IMG/VR virus record: IMGVR_UViG_3300031861_000378 | Span: 1 to 30,370 of that record | Strand: one strand, 5' to 3' | Origin: a virus | Taxonomy: Duplodnaviria > Caudoviricetes | Length of the DNA: 30,370 nt | Shown: positions 1 to 8,169 of the stretch, piece after piece | Layout: the number at the start of each line of letters is the position of its first letter | Numbering within the stretch: position 1 is the stretch's first letter | Program-made: the position numbers and the translations under genes | Notes under the pieces: model-generated | Told to the model about the DNA's origin: nothing | What the model saw: the letters and a program-made list of their open reading frames with translations, nothing else | The model's database searches: none

Positions 1-1113
1 TTACTGGCTTACGCCGTTTGGCACAGCACTATCACTGGCGCGAATCTCTTTCACAGCGTCCACAAAGTGTCCACGGCCTTCCGCTATGGGGTTTAGGTTG
101 ACCACTTCGGCCAGGTGGCCAGGGCTGAAATGGGCATAGCGAGAAGTCATTTCCAGGGAAGAGTGACCAAGCACACGCTGCAAAGTCAGAATATCCCCGC
201 CATTCATCATGTAATGGCTGGCGAACGTGTGGCGCAGCACGTGGGTCATTTGCCCCTTGGGCAGTGCAAAGCCTAGCTCTGCAACGGCCATGGCAAAGGC
301 ATTCCACGTGGTTTTATAAGCGGACTTGAACGGCATGCACTTGAGCAGGCGCGCTGACAGGCTGGCCGATATCGGCACAGCACGATTCTTAGCGGACTTG
401 GTACGGGTGAAGCTGATCCGGCCGTCACGCACCTGGCTAAGAGTTAGGCCCGCAGCCTCTGACCAACGCGCCCCAGTGGCCAAGCAAACCCGAGCGACAG
501 CGCCAACATCAGATGGGCAGTCGTCCAACTTCACCAGCAGTAGCTGGATCTGTTCGGTGGACAGATAAGCCATCTCGGTTTGATCAAACTTCAAGGCCCG
601 CACGTTGGCCAGCGGGTTGTCCCCGGCCCACTCACCAAGCCGGCCCAGCTCACTGAACACCGCACGCAGGTAACTCAATTCATGGTTCGCGGTATTGGCG
701 CTGACCGGCCTTGTGGTGCCGTCTTTTTTGCGGCCATTGCCAGTCCGTGGACGGCCCCACTTCCCGGCCAGGCGTTCGGCCCGATAGCGGGTGAAATCAC
801 CTGCCGTGAAGTCACTGGCGCGAGGGTCACCCATATTGGTAACCATGCGCAGCAGGAACGAACGACACGCCGCACCGCGCTTCAAGCTGCTGCCGTGCAG
901 GGTGAACCAAAGTTCCACCAGCTCAGACAGCCGACGATCATCGCGCTTGGCTTTCTTCTCAAACTCACCTTTGGCACCGTCGCCCAGAATACGGCGTTCG
1001 TAGACCATCGCCTCGTTTTTGCTTTTCAGTTTCTTACGGATCCGGGGGCCGCCGCGTCCCTCTGGCCGGCAATCTACCAACCATTGGCCGTCGTCCAGCT
1101 TCTTGATAGACAC
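1..1113 (-). CDS. int: Phage integrase (tyrosine recombinase, P2/HP1-like)
   Basis: Catalytic motifs LATGARWSE (R), [10 protein letters not shown] (HxxR), [14 protein letters not shown] (H, Y); GTG start 4 nt after the upstream gene's stop. Confidence 0.97.
   Translation of the reverse strand: MSIKKLDDGQWLVDCRPEGRGGPRIRKKLKSKNEAMVYERRILGDGAKGEFEKKAKRDDRRLSELVELWFTLHGSSLKRGAACRSFLLRMVTNMGDPRASDFTAGDFTRYRAERLAGKWGRPRTGNGRKKDGTTRPVSANTANHELSYLRAVFSELGRLGEWAGDNPLANVRALKFDQTEMAYLSTEQIQLLLVKLDDCPSDVGAVARVCLATGARWSEAAGLTLSQVRDGRISFTRTKSAKNRAVPISASLSARLLKCMPFKSAYKTTWNAFAMAVAELGFALPKGQMTHVLRHTFASHYMMNGGDILTLQRVLGHSSLEMTSRYAHFSPGHLAEVVNLNPIAEGRGHFVDAVKEIRASDSAVPNGVSQ
57..75 (-). promoter_or_regulatory. 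Putative integrase arm-type binding sites (att-proximal)
   Basis: Minus strand reads CGTGGACA-ctt-TGTGGACG: two direct repeats 11 bp apart resembling the P2 Int arm consensus TGTGGACA, at the 3' end of int. Confidence 0.6.
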
Positions 1114-1117
1114 AGAT

Positions 1118-1675
1118 CTACCTGGCTACTCGACGCTTCACGCCGAGGGTCTGACGCAGGGTGCCGACCTCGCCCGTGGCGGTATCCACCACCTTGTTGC
1201 GCTGTCGCACGCGATCAAGGCGGAACGTCCGTGGCTCGCTGCGCAGATGGCAGAAGCCCATAAAGTAAATATCGTCGCTCCAGCCGCTGCCAGAACTGAC
1301 CACCTTATGCACCGTTACCTCTCGGTCAGAGTAGTCGCCATCGGAATTGCGATAGGCAAAGCGGATCTGCTTAGAACCCGTCCAGATCGTCTCGCCCTGC
1401 ACATGCTCGTCGTTGAAGTCACCGCGCGCAGGGGTGGCCGGCGCCTGCTGGCGAGAACGCACGAAATCAGTTTTAAAAGGCTCCGGTGAGCCGCTGCTCT
1501 TGTTGGCGCGGTAGACCTTCATCCCCTCAGAAAACCAACCGACAATAGCGATCACATAGACCACGGCGACGACAATCCAAGCCCAGCCGGCCCAGTCGAA
1601 GAACCACAGGAAAGGGACAGCAAGAATTGCGAGGCCCACCATAGGGCCTTTGAAATCGGGGTAATCCATGCTCAC
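1118..1675 (-). CDS. Membrane-anchored WYL-domain protein
   Basis: N-terminal hydrophobic segments ([15 protein letters not shown]; [18 protein letters not shown]), polar linker, then WYL signature [18 protein letters not shown]...[20 protein letters not shown]. Start reassigned to GTG 1675 (AAGGAG 6 nt upstream); ATG 1669 is the alternative. Confidence 0.85.
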   Translation of the reverse strand: MSMDYPDFKGPMVGLAILAVPFLWFFDWAGWAWIVVAVVYVIAIVGWFSEGMKVYRANKSSGSPEPFKTDFVRSRQQAPATPARGDFNDEHVQGETIWTGSKQIRFAYRNSDGDYSDREVTVHKVVSSGSGWSDDIYFMGFCHLRSEPRTFRLDRVRQRNKVVDTATGEVGTLRQTLGVKRRVAR

Positions 1676-1695
1676 GAAACGCTCCTTGTCAGTCG

Positions 1696-1935
1696 TTACA
1701 CAGGGCTGACTTGCCCAGCCGCTGGGGCGATCTGGTCGGCCATCATCCACAGCGTGTATTTGCTGAAACGTGGGTGGGTGGTGATTTTGATCAGCTCCAG
1801 GGCGCTGATATCCCTACGGCGGGCCAGCTCGTAGTTTTTGTAGGTATCCAGACTGATGGCCACGGTGCCGGCCATATCGGATTGGGTCAGCCGCTCGGCC
1901 CTGCGGATCTGGCGCAGCTTTTCGCCCAGGGTCAT
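1696..1935 (-). CDS. P2 C-like immunity repressor, paralog 2 (XRE HTH)
   Basis: MTLGEKLRQIRRAERLTQ...KYTLWMMADQIAPAAGQVSP resembles the P2 C C-terminal motif (KYTLWFMTNQIAPESGQIAP); ATGA overlap with the upstream paralog. Confidence 0.88.
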   Translation of the reverse strand: MTLGEKLRQIRRAERLTQSDMAGTVAISLDTYKNYELARRRDISALELIKITTHPRFSKYTLWMMADQIAPAAGQVSPV

Positions 1936-2180
1936 TGCCCTATCACCGGGCTGATTTGGCCGCACTCGGGGGCGGTTTCATCGGTGACCAACCACAGCGC
2001 GTACTTCTTAAAGCGCGGGTGCATGGTGATCTTGAGCAGCTCAACAGAACTGACCGACTTGCTTCGGCCGTACTCATATCCCTTCCACGTATTCAGATAA
2101 ACACCTGTGATTTCGCAGATCTCCGTCTGCGTCAGGCGCTCTGTCAGCCGCACTTCCTTGAGCTTGAGCCCGAGTTCCAT
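1932..2180 (-). CDS. C: P2 C-like immunity repressor, paralog 1 (XRE HTH)
   Basis: MELGLKLKEVRLTERLTQ...KYALWLVTDETAPECGQISP; divergent from cox; AAGGGG RBS before ATG 2180. Confidence 0.9.
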   Translation of the reverse strand: MELGLKLKEVRLTERLTQTEICEITGVYLNTWKGYEYGRSKSVSSVELLKITMHPRFKKYALWLVTDETAPECGQISPVIGQ

Positions 2181-2268
2181 TGTGTCCCCTTGACCGAAGT
2201 TATGTGTATGTGTACCTTTGTGATGTGCATGTGTACTTTTACTGCACATATACCTAGGAGCTTATCAA
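2181..2268. promoter_or_regulatory. Lysis/lysogeny switch: operator-like direct repeats and early promoter
   Basis: ATGTGTATGTGTACCTTT (2202-2219) and ATGTGCATGTGTACTTTT (2223-2240), 21-bp period. TTGACC (2190-2195), 17 bp, TACCTT (2213-2218) points toward cox and overlaps repeat 1. Confidence 0.75.
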
Positions 2269-2496
2269 ATGCAGATCGCAATCGACACGCCATACACCAC
2301 CGTGCGCGAACTTTCTCGCCGTACCGGGCAATCAGAACGGGCCATTCGGAATGAGATCGATCGTGGCCACTTCTTGATTCGTGAAAAGCGAGAAGGCTCG
2401 AAAGAAGCGGTACTGGTGAACATGGTCCACCTGGCGATGGAAGCCGCCGATCAGGCCGAGCGGGTGCGTGGCAACAGCACAGCCAGCGCACGCTAA
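2269..2496 (+). CDS. cox: Cox/Apl-like excisionase and transcriptional regulator
   Basis: 75-aa winged-HTH-like protein (TPYTTVRELSRRTGQSERAIRNEIDRG...VLVNM), divergent from C; AGGAG RBS. Confidence 0.82.
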   Translation: MQIAIDTPYTTVRELSRRTGQSERAIRNEIDRGHFLIREKREGSKEAVLVNMVHLAMEAADQAERVRGNSTASAR

Positions 2497-2505
2497 GGGG
2501 CTGTA

Positions 2506-5199
2506 ATGAACGCACCTATACGCATCACTCCGCAGCAGTTCGACGAGATCTACCGCCTGGACGTTATCCAGGCGTTGGAGAGCGATCGAGAGCTGGACTT
2601 CAAGGACATCGGCGCGAAGTACCTGCAGAAGGGAACCTGCCCTGGCTGCGGCAAAGAAAAGCTGTTTATCAGCCGCGACAAGCCGTACCAGTTGAAGTGC
2701 AACCGCGACAACGAATGCCAGTTCGAGCAGAAAACTCGCGAGCGCTACAGCTATCTGTTCGAGAACCTGAGCGAGCGCTTCCCCTCGACGCCGGAAAACC
2801 CGAACGCCACCGCCGACGCCTACCTCCAACGCAACCGCGGCTTCGACACCAGCAAGCTGGCCGGCTGGTACACCCAGGGCAAACGCAAGATGAAGCCGGG
2901 CGGCGAGTGGGCCGACACCGTGCGTTTCCCCCTCTGCGATGGCTACTGGGAGCGGATCATCGACGAACGCATGGTAGCGGCCAACAAGGGTGACAAGGCC
3001 GGCATCAAGTTCCAGATGAGTTACCAGAACAGCGGCTGGATGCCACCTGGCCAGACCATCGAAAAAAGCGATCGCATTTACATCGTGGAAGGAATCTTCC
3101 ACGCCATCGCCCTGCACCTAGCTGGATACAAGGCGATCGCCTCGATCAGTTGCGTGAACTTCCCCTGGGAGATCGTCGAGACCAACAAAGACAAGCTGGT
3201 GACCTGGTGCATCGGCCTGGATGACGACAAGGCCGGGCATAAGTACATCCCCAAATACCTCAAGATGCTGCGCGGCATGAACCAGATCGGATGGGTGGCA
3301 CTGGCCGGCGAACGCGACTGGGATGACGTGTATCGAGCTGGCCAGCTCGATGACAAGTTCCTAGAAGACGCCTGCTATCGGGGCCGGCTGTTCACCGCTG
3401 AGAACACGGCAAAGCTCGCCTACCTGTTGTACCTGCGCCGCCCGGCTGGCTTCTACCTGCTGGAGTTTCGCAACCAGCTCTACTCGGCCCGCGTGAACCA
3501 GGGCGATCTGAGCAAGGATCTGGGAGAGGAGAAAGTCGAGGGTAACCGCGAGATCTTCGCCAGGCATGTGCGGATTGCGCAGATCTCTAACTGCATCCCC
3601 AACCTGGACTACCTGGAAAAGGACATTGTCACCGGCGAGCAGCGCTATTACTTCGACTTCCAGTTCCCCGACCGCAGCCGCAGTTGCCAGGCACCGTTGC
3701 CTTCCAGCGCGATAGCCGAGCCGAGGGGCTTCGTGCGCGCAATGCTCGACTTCACACCTGGTGGCAACTTCGAGGGCGGTGCCCGCGAGCTGGCCATGCT
3801 TAAGGCCAAGTGGCTGAACGACCAGAACAGGCCGGTACCCACGGTACGTAGCATGCCCTTCCTGGGCTACGACGAAGACAGCGGCACCTACTGCTTTCCC
3901 CAGTTCGGCTTTCACGGCGGCCGCGAGCTGCCCGTCAACGCCCACGGCTTTATCGAGGTCAAAGGCGCCGGGGTGAAAACCGCCCTGGTCAACACTCGGT
4001 TCGAGCGCGGCCTAGACTTCGACCCCGAATGGTTCCCCGACTTCCTGGCAGTGCACAGCCTCAACGGCCTGGCGGCTCTGGCCTGGTGGACGGCCTCGCT
4101 GTTCGTCCAGCAGATCGGCAGCCAACAGGCGTCGTTTCACTTTCTGGAGCTGACTGGCGAACCGGGTGCGGGCAAGTCCACCTTGCTGCGTTTCCTGTGG
4201 CGCTTAATCGGCCGCGACAACATGGAGGGCATCAAACCCAGCGGTACCGGTGCCAGCGCCGTGGGTTTGTCCCGTGCCTTTGGAGAAGTCAGCAACCTGC
4301 CGGTGGTGCTGATCGAGTCCGACAAGACCTACACCGACGCCCAGGGTCGCACGATAACCGTGCAGTACACGTGGGGTGAGGTGAAAACCCTGTACGACTA
4401 CCACGCACCGTTGCGGGTGACCGGGGCGAAAACCACCGGCAACGAAACCCGGGTCAGCATCTGGCGCGGTGCCCTGGCCATCTCGCAGAACGCGAGCGTG
4501 GACGGCGACGAGGCCATCCTGTCGCGCATCGTCCACCTGCACTGCACTAAGGAACACCACAGCCTGGCGCTGAAACCGCTGGCCGACCGCCTCAAGACGA
4601 TGAAAGGAAAGGAACTGGGTGGCTACCTGCGTCGCGTCCTGGCCTTCGAGCAGCAGTGGCTGACCCGCTACTTCGAGGCCTTCCCGCGTTTCGAGCAGCG
4701 CCTGCAGGCAATCAGCGCACTGAGCGAAGCCCGGATTATCCAGGGGCACGCCCAGGTGCTGGCCGCTGCCTATGCCACCCAGGCGCTGTTCCCAGCCTGG
4801 AAGGATCGGGATACCGAGAACCTGGCCAGGCACCTTGAGGCGCGAGCGATCGACCGGCAACAGCGCTGCCGATCGGAGAACCCAAACGCCGCAAAGTTCT
4901 GGCAGATCTACCACTACCTGAACGAAAACGTGGTGACCATCACCGAGGAAGGCGAAACCCGCGAAGAGATCCGCGAAACGCTGAACCACAGCGTTGACCG
5001 CGAGCTGATCGCCATCAACATCGAGCACTTCCAGCAGGCCTGCCGCAAAGCAGGCCAGGAGGTCATTGCAGATTCCATTTTGCGCCGCGCCCTGCCGAGC
5101 AGCACCACCCACCGCTTTATCGAGATCCGCAAAGTCCGGTCACCTATTGAGAAGCGATCGATCTGGTGCTGGCTGTTCAGCAAGCGGGGGAATGTCTGA
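2506..5199 (+). CDS. Primase-helicase replication protein (Zn finger + TOPRIM + P-loop NTPase; P4 alpha-like architecture)
   Basis: CPGC...CNRDNEC Zn finger; TOPRIM motifs IVEGIFHAIAL, LDDDKAG, DWDD; Walker A GEPGAGKST; Walker B-like VVLIESD. Confidence 0.9.
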   Translation: MNAPIRITPQQFDEIYRLDVIQALESDRELDFKDIGAKYLQKGTCPGCGKEKLFISRDKPYQLKCNRDNECQFEQKTRERYSYLFENLSERFPSTPENPNATADAYLQRNRGFDTSKLAGWYTQGKRKMKPGGEWADTVRFPLCDGYWERIIDERMVAANKGDKAGIKFQMSYQNSGWMPPGQTIEKSDRIYIVEGIFHAIALHLAGYKAIASISCVNFPWEIVETNKDKLVTWCIGLDDDKAGHKYIPKYLKMLRGMNQIGWVALAGERDWDDVYRAGQLDDKFLEDACYRGRLFTAENTAKLAYLLYLRRPAGFYLLEFRNQLYSARVNQGDLSKDLGEEKVEGNREIFARHVRIAQISNCIPNLDYLEKDIVTGEQRYYFDFQFPDRSRSCQAPLPSSAIAEPRGFVRAMLDFTPGGNFEGGARELAMLKAKWLNDQNRPVPTVRSMPFLGYDEDSGTYCFPQFGFHGGRELPVNAHGFIEVKGAGVKTALVNTRFERGLDFDPEWFPDFLAVHSLNGLAALAWWTASLFVQQIGSQQASFHFLELTGEPGAGKSTLLRFLWRLIGRDNMEGIKPSGTGASAVGLSRAFGEVSNLPVVLIESDKTYTDAQGRTITVQYTWGEVKTLYDYHAPLRVTGAKTTGNETRVSIWRGALAISQNASVDGDEAILSRIVHLHCTKEHHSLALKPLADRLKTMKGKELGGYLRRVLAFEQQWLTRYFEAFPRFEQRLQAISALSEARIIQGHAQVLAAAYATQALFPAWKDRDTENLARHLEARAIDRQQRCRSENPNAAKFWQIYHYLNENVVTITEEGETREEIRETLNHSVDRELIAINIEHFQQACRKAGQEVIADSILRRALPSSTTHRFIEIRKVRSPIEKRSIWCWLFSKRGNV

Positions 5200-5272
5200 T
5201 GAAACGTATGGCCAGCGGTGTGTTGGGGGTGTTTTGGGCGTGCAGACTGGAGCCGTGCGCAAAGACACTAAG

Positions 5273-5598
5273 CGTCCGGAACATCCGGAACATTTATATT
5301 TATAAGAAAAATATTCAATTAATACAATTACTTACAAGAACAAATCTGTTCCGGTGCTGCCGGAACACACTGGAACGCACCGGAACAAATCTGTTCCGGC
5401 ATGTTCCGGCAATGTTCCGGCTGGGACTTTTCGCCGGAACAGGCTGCAGCCTTAGTACCACGTGGCTTACAGGCGACCATCAAGAAATCGTGTTCCGGTA
5501 TGTTCCGGTAGCACCGGAACATTTTCAAAAAATGGCAAGCCCCGAACGGCGCGGGTTCCAGCCACCCGCCTTTGTACGTGTTCCGGATGTTCCGGACG
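5273..5598. repeat. Putative replication origin with iterons and an AT-rich tract
   Basis: 14 exact TGTTCCGG/CCGGAACA octamers (starts 5276, 5285, 5347, 5360, 5380, 5392, 5402, 5413, 5434, 5491, 5501, 5514, 5579, 5588); AT-rich 5292-5345; directly downstream of the replication gene. Confidence 0.85.
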
Positions 5599-5638
5599 GC
5601 TTGAGCACCTGCGCACGTTTTGTTTTGAGGTCAGCCCT

Positions 5639-5818
5639 ATGACCTCACTCCACCCCGATGACGAGAACCGCCGCGAGTGCCTGGCGCGCCACATGTTCAG
5701 CAAGTGGACGCGCCAGGACATCGTGGATTGGCTGGCAAAACCCAAGCGCAGCGACGCCTATCGCGAGGACATGCGTAGCCGCTTGAACCGACTGAAACAG
5801 GAGACCCGCAAACGATGA
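5639..5818 (+). CDS. Small hypothetical early protein (59 aa)
   Basis: GAGG RBS before ATG 5639; MTSLHPDDENRRECLARH...; ATGA coupling to the next ORF. Confidence 0.7.
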   Translation: MTSLHPDDENRRECLARHMFSKWTRQDIVDWLAKPKRSDAYREDMRSRLNRLKQETRKR

Positions 5819-6183
5819 ACGCTCTGACCGCCCCACAGCGTTGCCCGCTGGATCTGGAAGCACAGAACCCTGCCCAGGACTATCCGCACTACTGGCAGCG
5901 CGCTGCCCTGCTGGTTGGCCTGCCGGCCGAAACCACCGCCTGCGATCTGAGCGTGGTCGGCGTCGGTTTGGCCTTGCTGCTCAAGCGGCTACACGCCCTT
6001 AACCCTGCCCGCCGCGCCTTGCTGTTGGCCATGGCCTGCCTGGCCAATCCGCCCCAAGCCCAGTGGTTGCAGCACGAACAGGATCTGCACTTCGGTCAGC
6101 TCACCGCCGCCGACCTTGGCCCCGAGGTGTTCCAGGTACTGGTCGGCCTGCTGGCCACCTTTCACACCACCCCCAGCAACTGA
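5815..6183 (+). CDS. Hypothetical protein
   Basis: 122-aa ORF, translationally coupled within the early operon. Confidence 0.72.
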   Translation: MNALTAPQRCPLDLEAQNPAQDYPHYWQRAALLVGLPAETTACDLSVVGVGLALLLKRLHALNPARRALLLAMACLANPPQAQWLQHEQDLHFGQLTAADLGPEVFQVLVGLLATFHTTPSN

Positions 6184-6196
6184 ATAGGAGCAACAC

Positions 6197-6583
6197 ATGG
6201 AAAACGAACTGCAAGACCTGGAGCAGCAACTGGCCATCGAAGCCTTCCGCGACTTCACCCGGGGGCGCATCGCGCTCCACCTGTTGGAGCGTGATGGCCA
6301 GCGCTTCACCCACACCACCGTCCAGTTGGTTTTCGAGGCCTTCTGCGCCGGCCGTGCACGCATCGTGGGCCAGCAGCTGTACGCGGGCATCAAGGGATCC
6401 AGCAAATACCACTCTCAGGTTGCCTTCGGTATCTCGCAAGGCTACGGCCACCCCTTCCCTGTGTGCTTCCAGACAGACCCGTGCGGCTTCGTGATCAAGG
6501 GTGGTGTGGGCGGCCAGTACCGCCTTGAGGACGTGAATCTGTACGTGATCGAGGACGGCGAAGCCAAGGCGGTGGTGGGGTGA
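6197..6583 (+). CDS. Hypothetical protein
   Basis: Strong AGGAG RBS; 128 aa; GTGA overlap with the next ORF. Confidence 0.78.
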   Translation: MENELQDLEQQLAIEAFRDFTRGRIALHLLERDGQRFTHTTVQLVFEAFCAGRARIVGQQLYAGIKGSSKYHSQVAFGISQGYGHPFPVCFQTDPCGFVIKGGVGGQYRLEDVNLYVIEDGEAKAVVG

Positions 6584-6834
6584 TCATTTATTACGGCGCC
6601 AATGGCATCAGCGGTGAGATCGGTTTGCCGTCTGTCTATATCGACAACTGCACGGCGGAGGATCTGGCCGAGTTAGTGGCCAGTGACTTCTGGCGCCACC
6701 GCCCGCAGGAACAGGCGTCCCTGGTGACATTGATTCACCTGATGGACGTGGACGGTAACGACCTGGGAATTTTTGAAGTGCGGCGCGATATGCGCCCGGT
6801 ATTCACGGCCAGCGCTCTGACCAGCGCGGGCTAA
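6580..6834 (+). CDS. Hypothetical protein
   Basis: 84 aa; GTG start overlapping the upstream stop. Confidence 0.72.
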   Translation: MIIYYGANGISGEIGLPSVYIDNCTAEDLAELVASDFWRHRPQEQASLVTLIHLMDVDGNDLGIFEVRRDMRPVFTASALTSAG

Positions 6835-6840
6835 AAGAAG

Positions 6841-6870
6841 GGTGTCGAGGAACGGCAATTCCCCGACACC
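6841..6870 (+). promoter_or_regulatory. Intergenic RNA hairpin upstream of an RBS
   Basis: GGTGTCG-A-GGAA / CGGCAA loop / TTCC-C-CGACACC; no U tract. Confidence 0.5.
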
Positions 6871-6894
6871 AACCACCAGCAAAGGAGCAACACC

Positions 6895-7143
6895 ATGCAA
6901 GCACAACACCCAAGCGGTAGCGCTGTGAAGGCTACCACAGCGCCACGTCACCTGCTGGCTACGGCCATCGTCGGCGCGGCACTGATCAGCTACCAGATCG
7001 CGAAAACCCCGGATGCACGGGCACACCTTGAGCAGTTGGCCAGCCAGACCGAGCTGACCGCCAGCGACGCGGCCGTGGTCGCCCAGTTGCTCGCCCGCCC
7101 AGTTACTACCACCACTTTGAATTGCAGGATGTGCAAACGATGA
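6895..7143 (+). CDS. Hypothetical protein
   Basis: AAGGAG RBS; 82 aa with one hydrophobic stretch (LLATAIVGAALISY). Confidence 0.75.
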   Translation: MQAQHPSGSAVKATTAPRHLLATAIVGAALISYQIAKTPDARAHLEQLASQTELTASDAAVVAQLLARPVTTTTLNCRMCKR

Positions 7144-7556
7144 ACATTAAGCGCTACACCGTGAAGGAAGACTGGAAGGGCTACAGCGTCACCCTGGAGG
7201 TGGATCTGGACGTGCTGACCGAGGATAGGGCCACCCTGATCAACGAGTTCTGGACTAGCTCCGAAGACCGCCTGGCCGAATGCGACGGTAACGTACAGCA
7301 CGCCGCTATCCGTCTTTTTGGCCAAGCCATGATTTGCATCATGCTGGAACAGGGTCAGGCCTATTTCGGCCCTGATTCAGCAGGTGTTGGTAGGTACTGG
7401 TCGAAAGATGTGTGGGCGTTAGAGGGCTGGGGCGGGAGCGGCCCAGAGGGCGAGGAAAACAACGTCTACGGATGGTGCGGCATCCGTTGCATCGGTGCCG
7501 ACGTCAGCGTGCCATCGTTCGATGAATTGGAGCTAGTGGAGGTGGCTAATGGATAA
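7140..7556 (+). CDS. DUF2528-like phage protein
   Basis: MNIKRYTVKEDWKGYSVTLEVD...INEFW...RL pattern recalled for DUF2528; ATGA overlap gives start 7140. Confidence 0.7.
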   Translation: MNIKRYTVKEDWKGYSVTLEVDLDVLTEDRATLINEFWTSSEDRLAECDGNVQHAAIRLFGQAMICIMLEQGQAYFGPDSAGVGRYWSKDVWALEGWGGSGPEGEENNVYGWCGIRCIGADVSVPSFDELELVEVANG

Positions 7557-8169
7557 CTGCGCAACGCCATCCAACAACAACCGCAACCTGCAGGCAAGCG
7601 ATTACAACCTGCGGATCCTTCATGTTGTTGATATGGCCAGCCAACTGGGCACGGAAGCCATTGATGGTTTTAGCCGCCTGGATGATCCGCTAGAAAGCTT
7701 CGTGGATGCACTGCTGGAGGACAAGCGACAGCACCCGAGCCTTGAACCCTTAGCTGAGGTATTTCGCGCTGTTAGCTACCCGTTTGAGGACTGGCAGGAC
7801 AAACGCGAATACGAAAGGGAGACTCTGGCGGAGAATGCCAGCACCGCCAACGCTCAAGAGTTCTTTGGTTTTGGCGTACAACTTGGGTCACCGGTCAGGG
7901 ACTATCACAGCCACACCAGCTATAGCTGCAGCTGGGGCTTCTACAACACCGTTTGGGTATATGCGGAGAGCCTGGACGATGCGTGGAAGCTGGGCATGGC
8001 CTGGTCAGAGCAAAAAAGGCAGAACGCCCTCAAGGCAGCAGGCTTTCCACTTATGTGTTCTGGCTGTGGATCGACCATGACCTCCACCGAGCTAGAGGAT
8101 GCCAAGCAGAAAGACCCCAAGTTGTTGTCCTGCTGCCCAGAGCGCCGCATGGAGGTGCCCCATGCTTAA
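7549..8169 (+). CDS. Hypothetical protein with Cys-containing C-terminus
   Basis: GGAGG RBS; 206 aa; CSGC...CC near the end. Confidence 0.72.
   Translation: MDNCATPSNNNRNLQASDYNLRILHVVDMASQLGTEAIDGFSRLDDPLESFVDALLEDKRQHPSLEPLAEVFRAVSYPFEDWQDKREYERETLAENASTANAQEFFGFGVQLGSPVRDYHSHTSYSCSWGFYNTVWVYAESLDDAWKLGMAWSEQKRQNALKAAGFPLMCSGCGSTMTSTELEDAKQKDPKLLSCCPERRMEVPHA

Noticed and set aside
1676-2249. Longer starts given in the ORF track for the WYL gene and both repressors
   Set aside because: The extensions overlap neighbouring genes or the operator; RBS position and paralog alignment support starts at 1675/1669, 1935 and 2180.
5273-5598. CRISPR array or MITE
   Set aside because: Repeats are 8 bp, in both orientations and irregularly spaced, with no spacers or cas genes. 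The terminal inverted repeat is itself made of iterons and I see no target-site duplication. An origin explains it better.
5166-5642. 158-aa ORF and other ORFs across the origin
   Set aside because: Translations merely mirror the iterons (repeated FR/VP/RN), with no RBS or protein-like composition.
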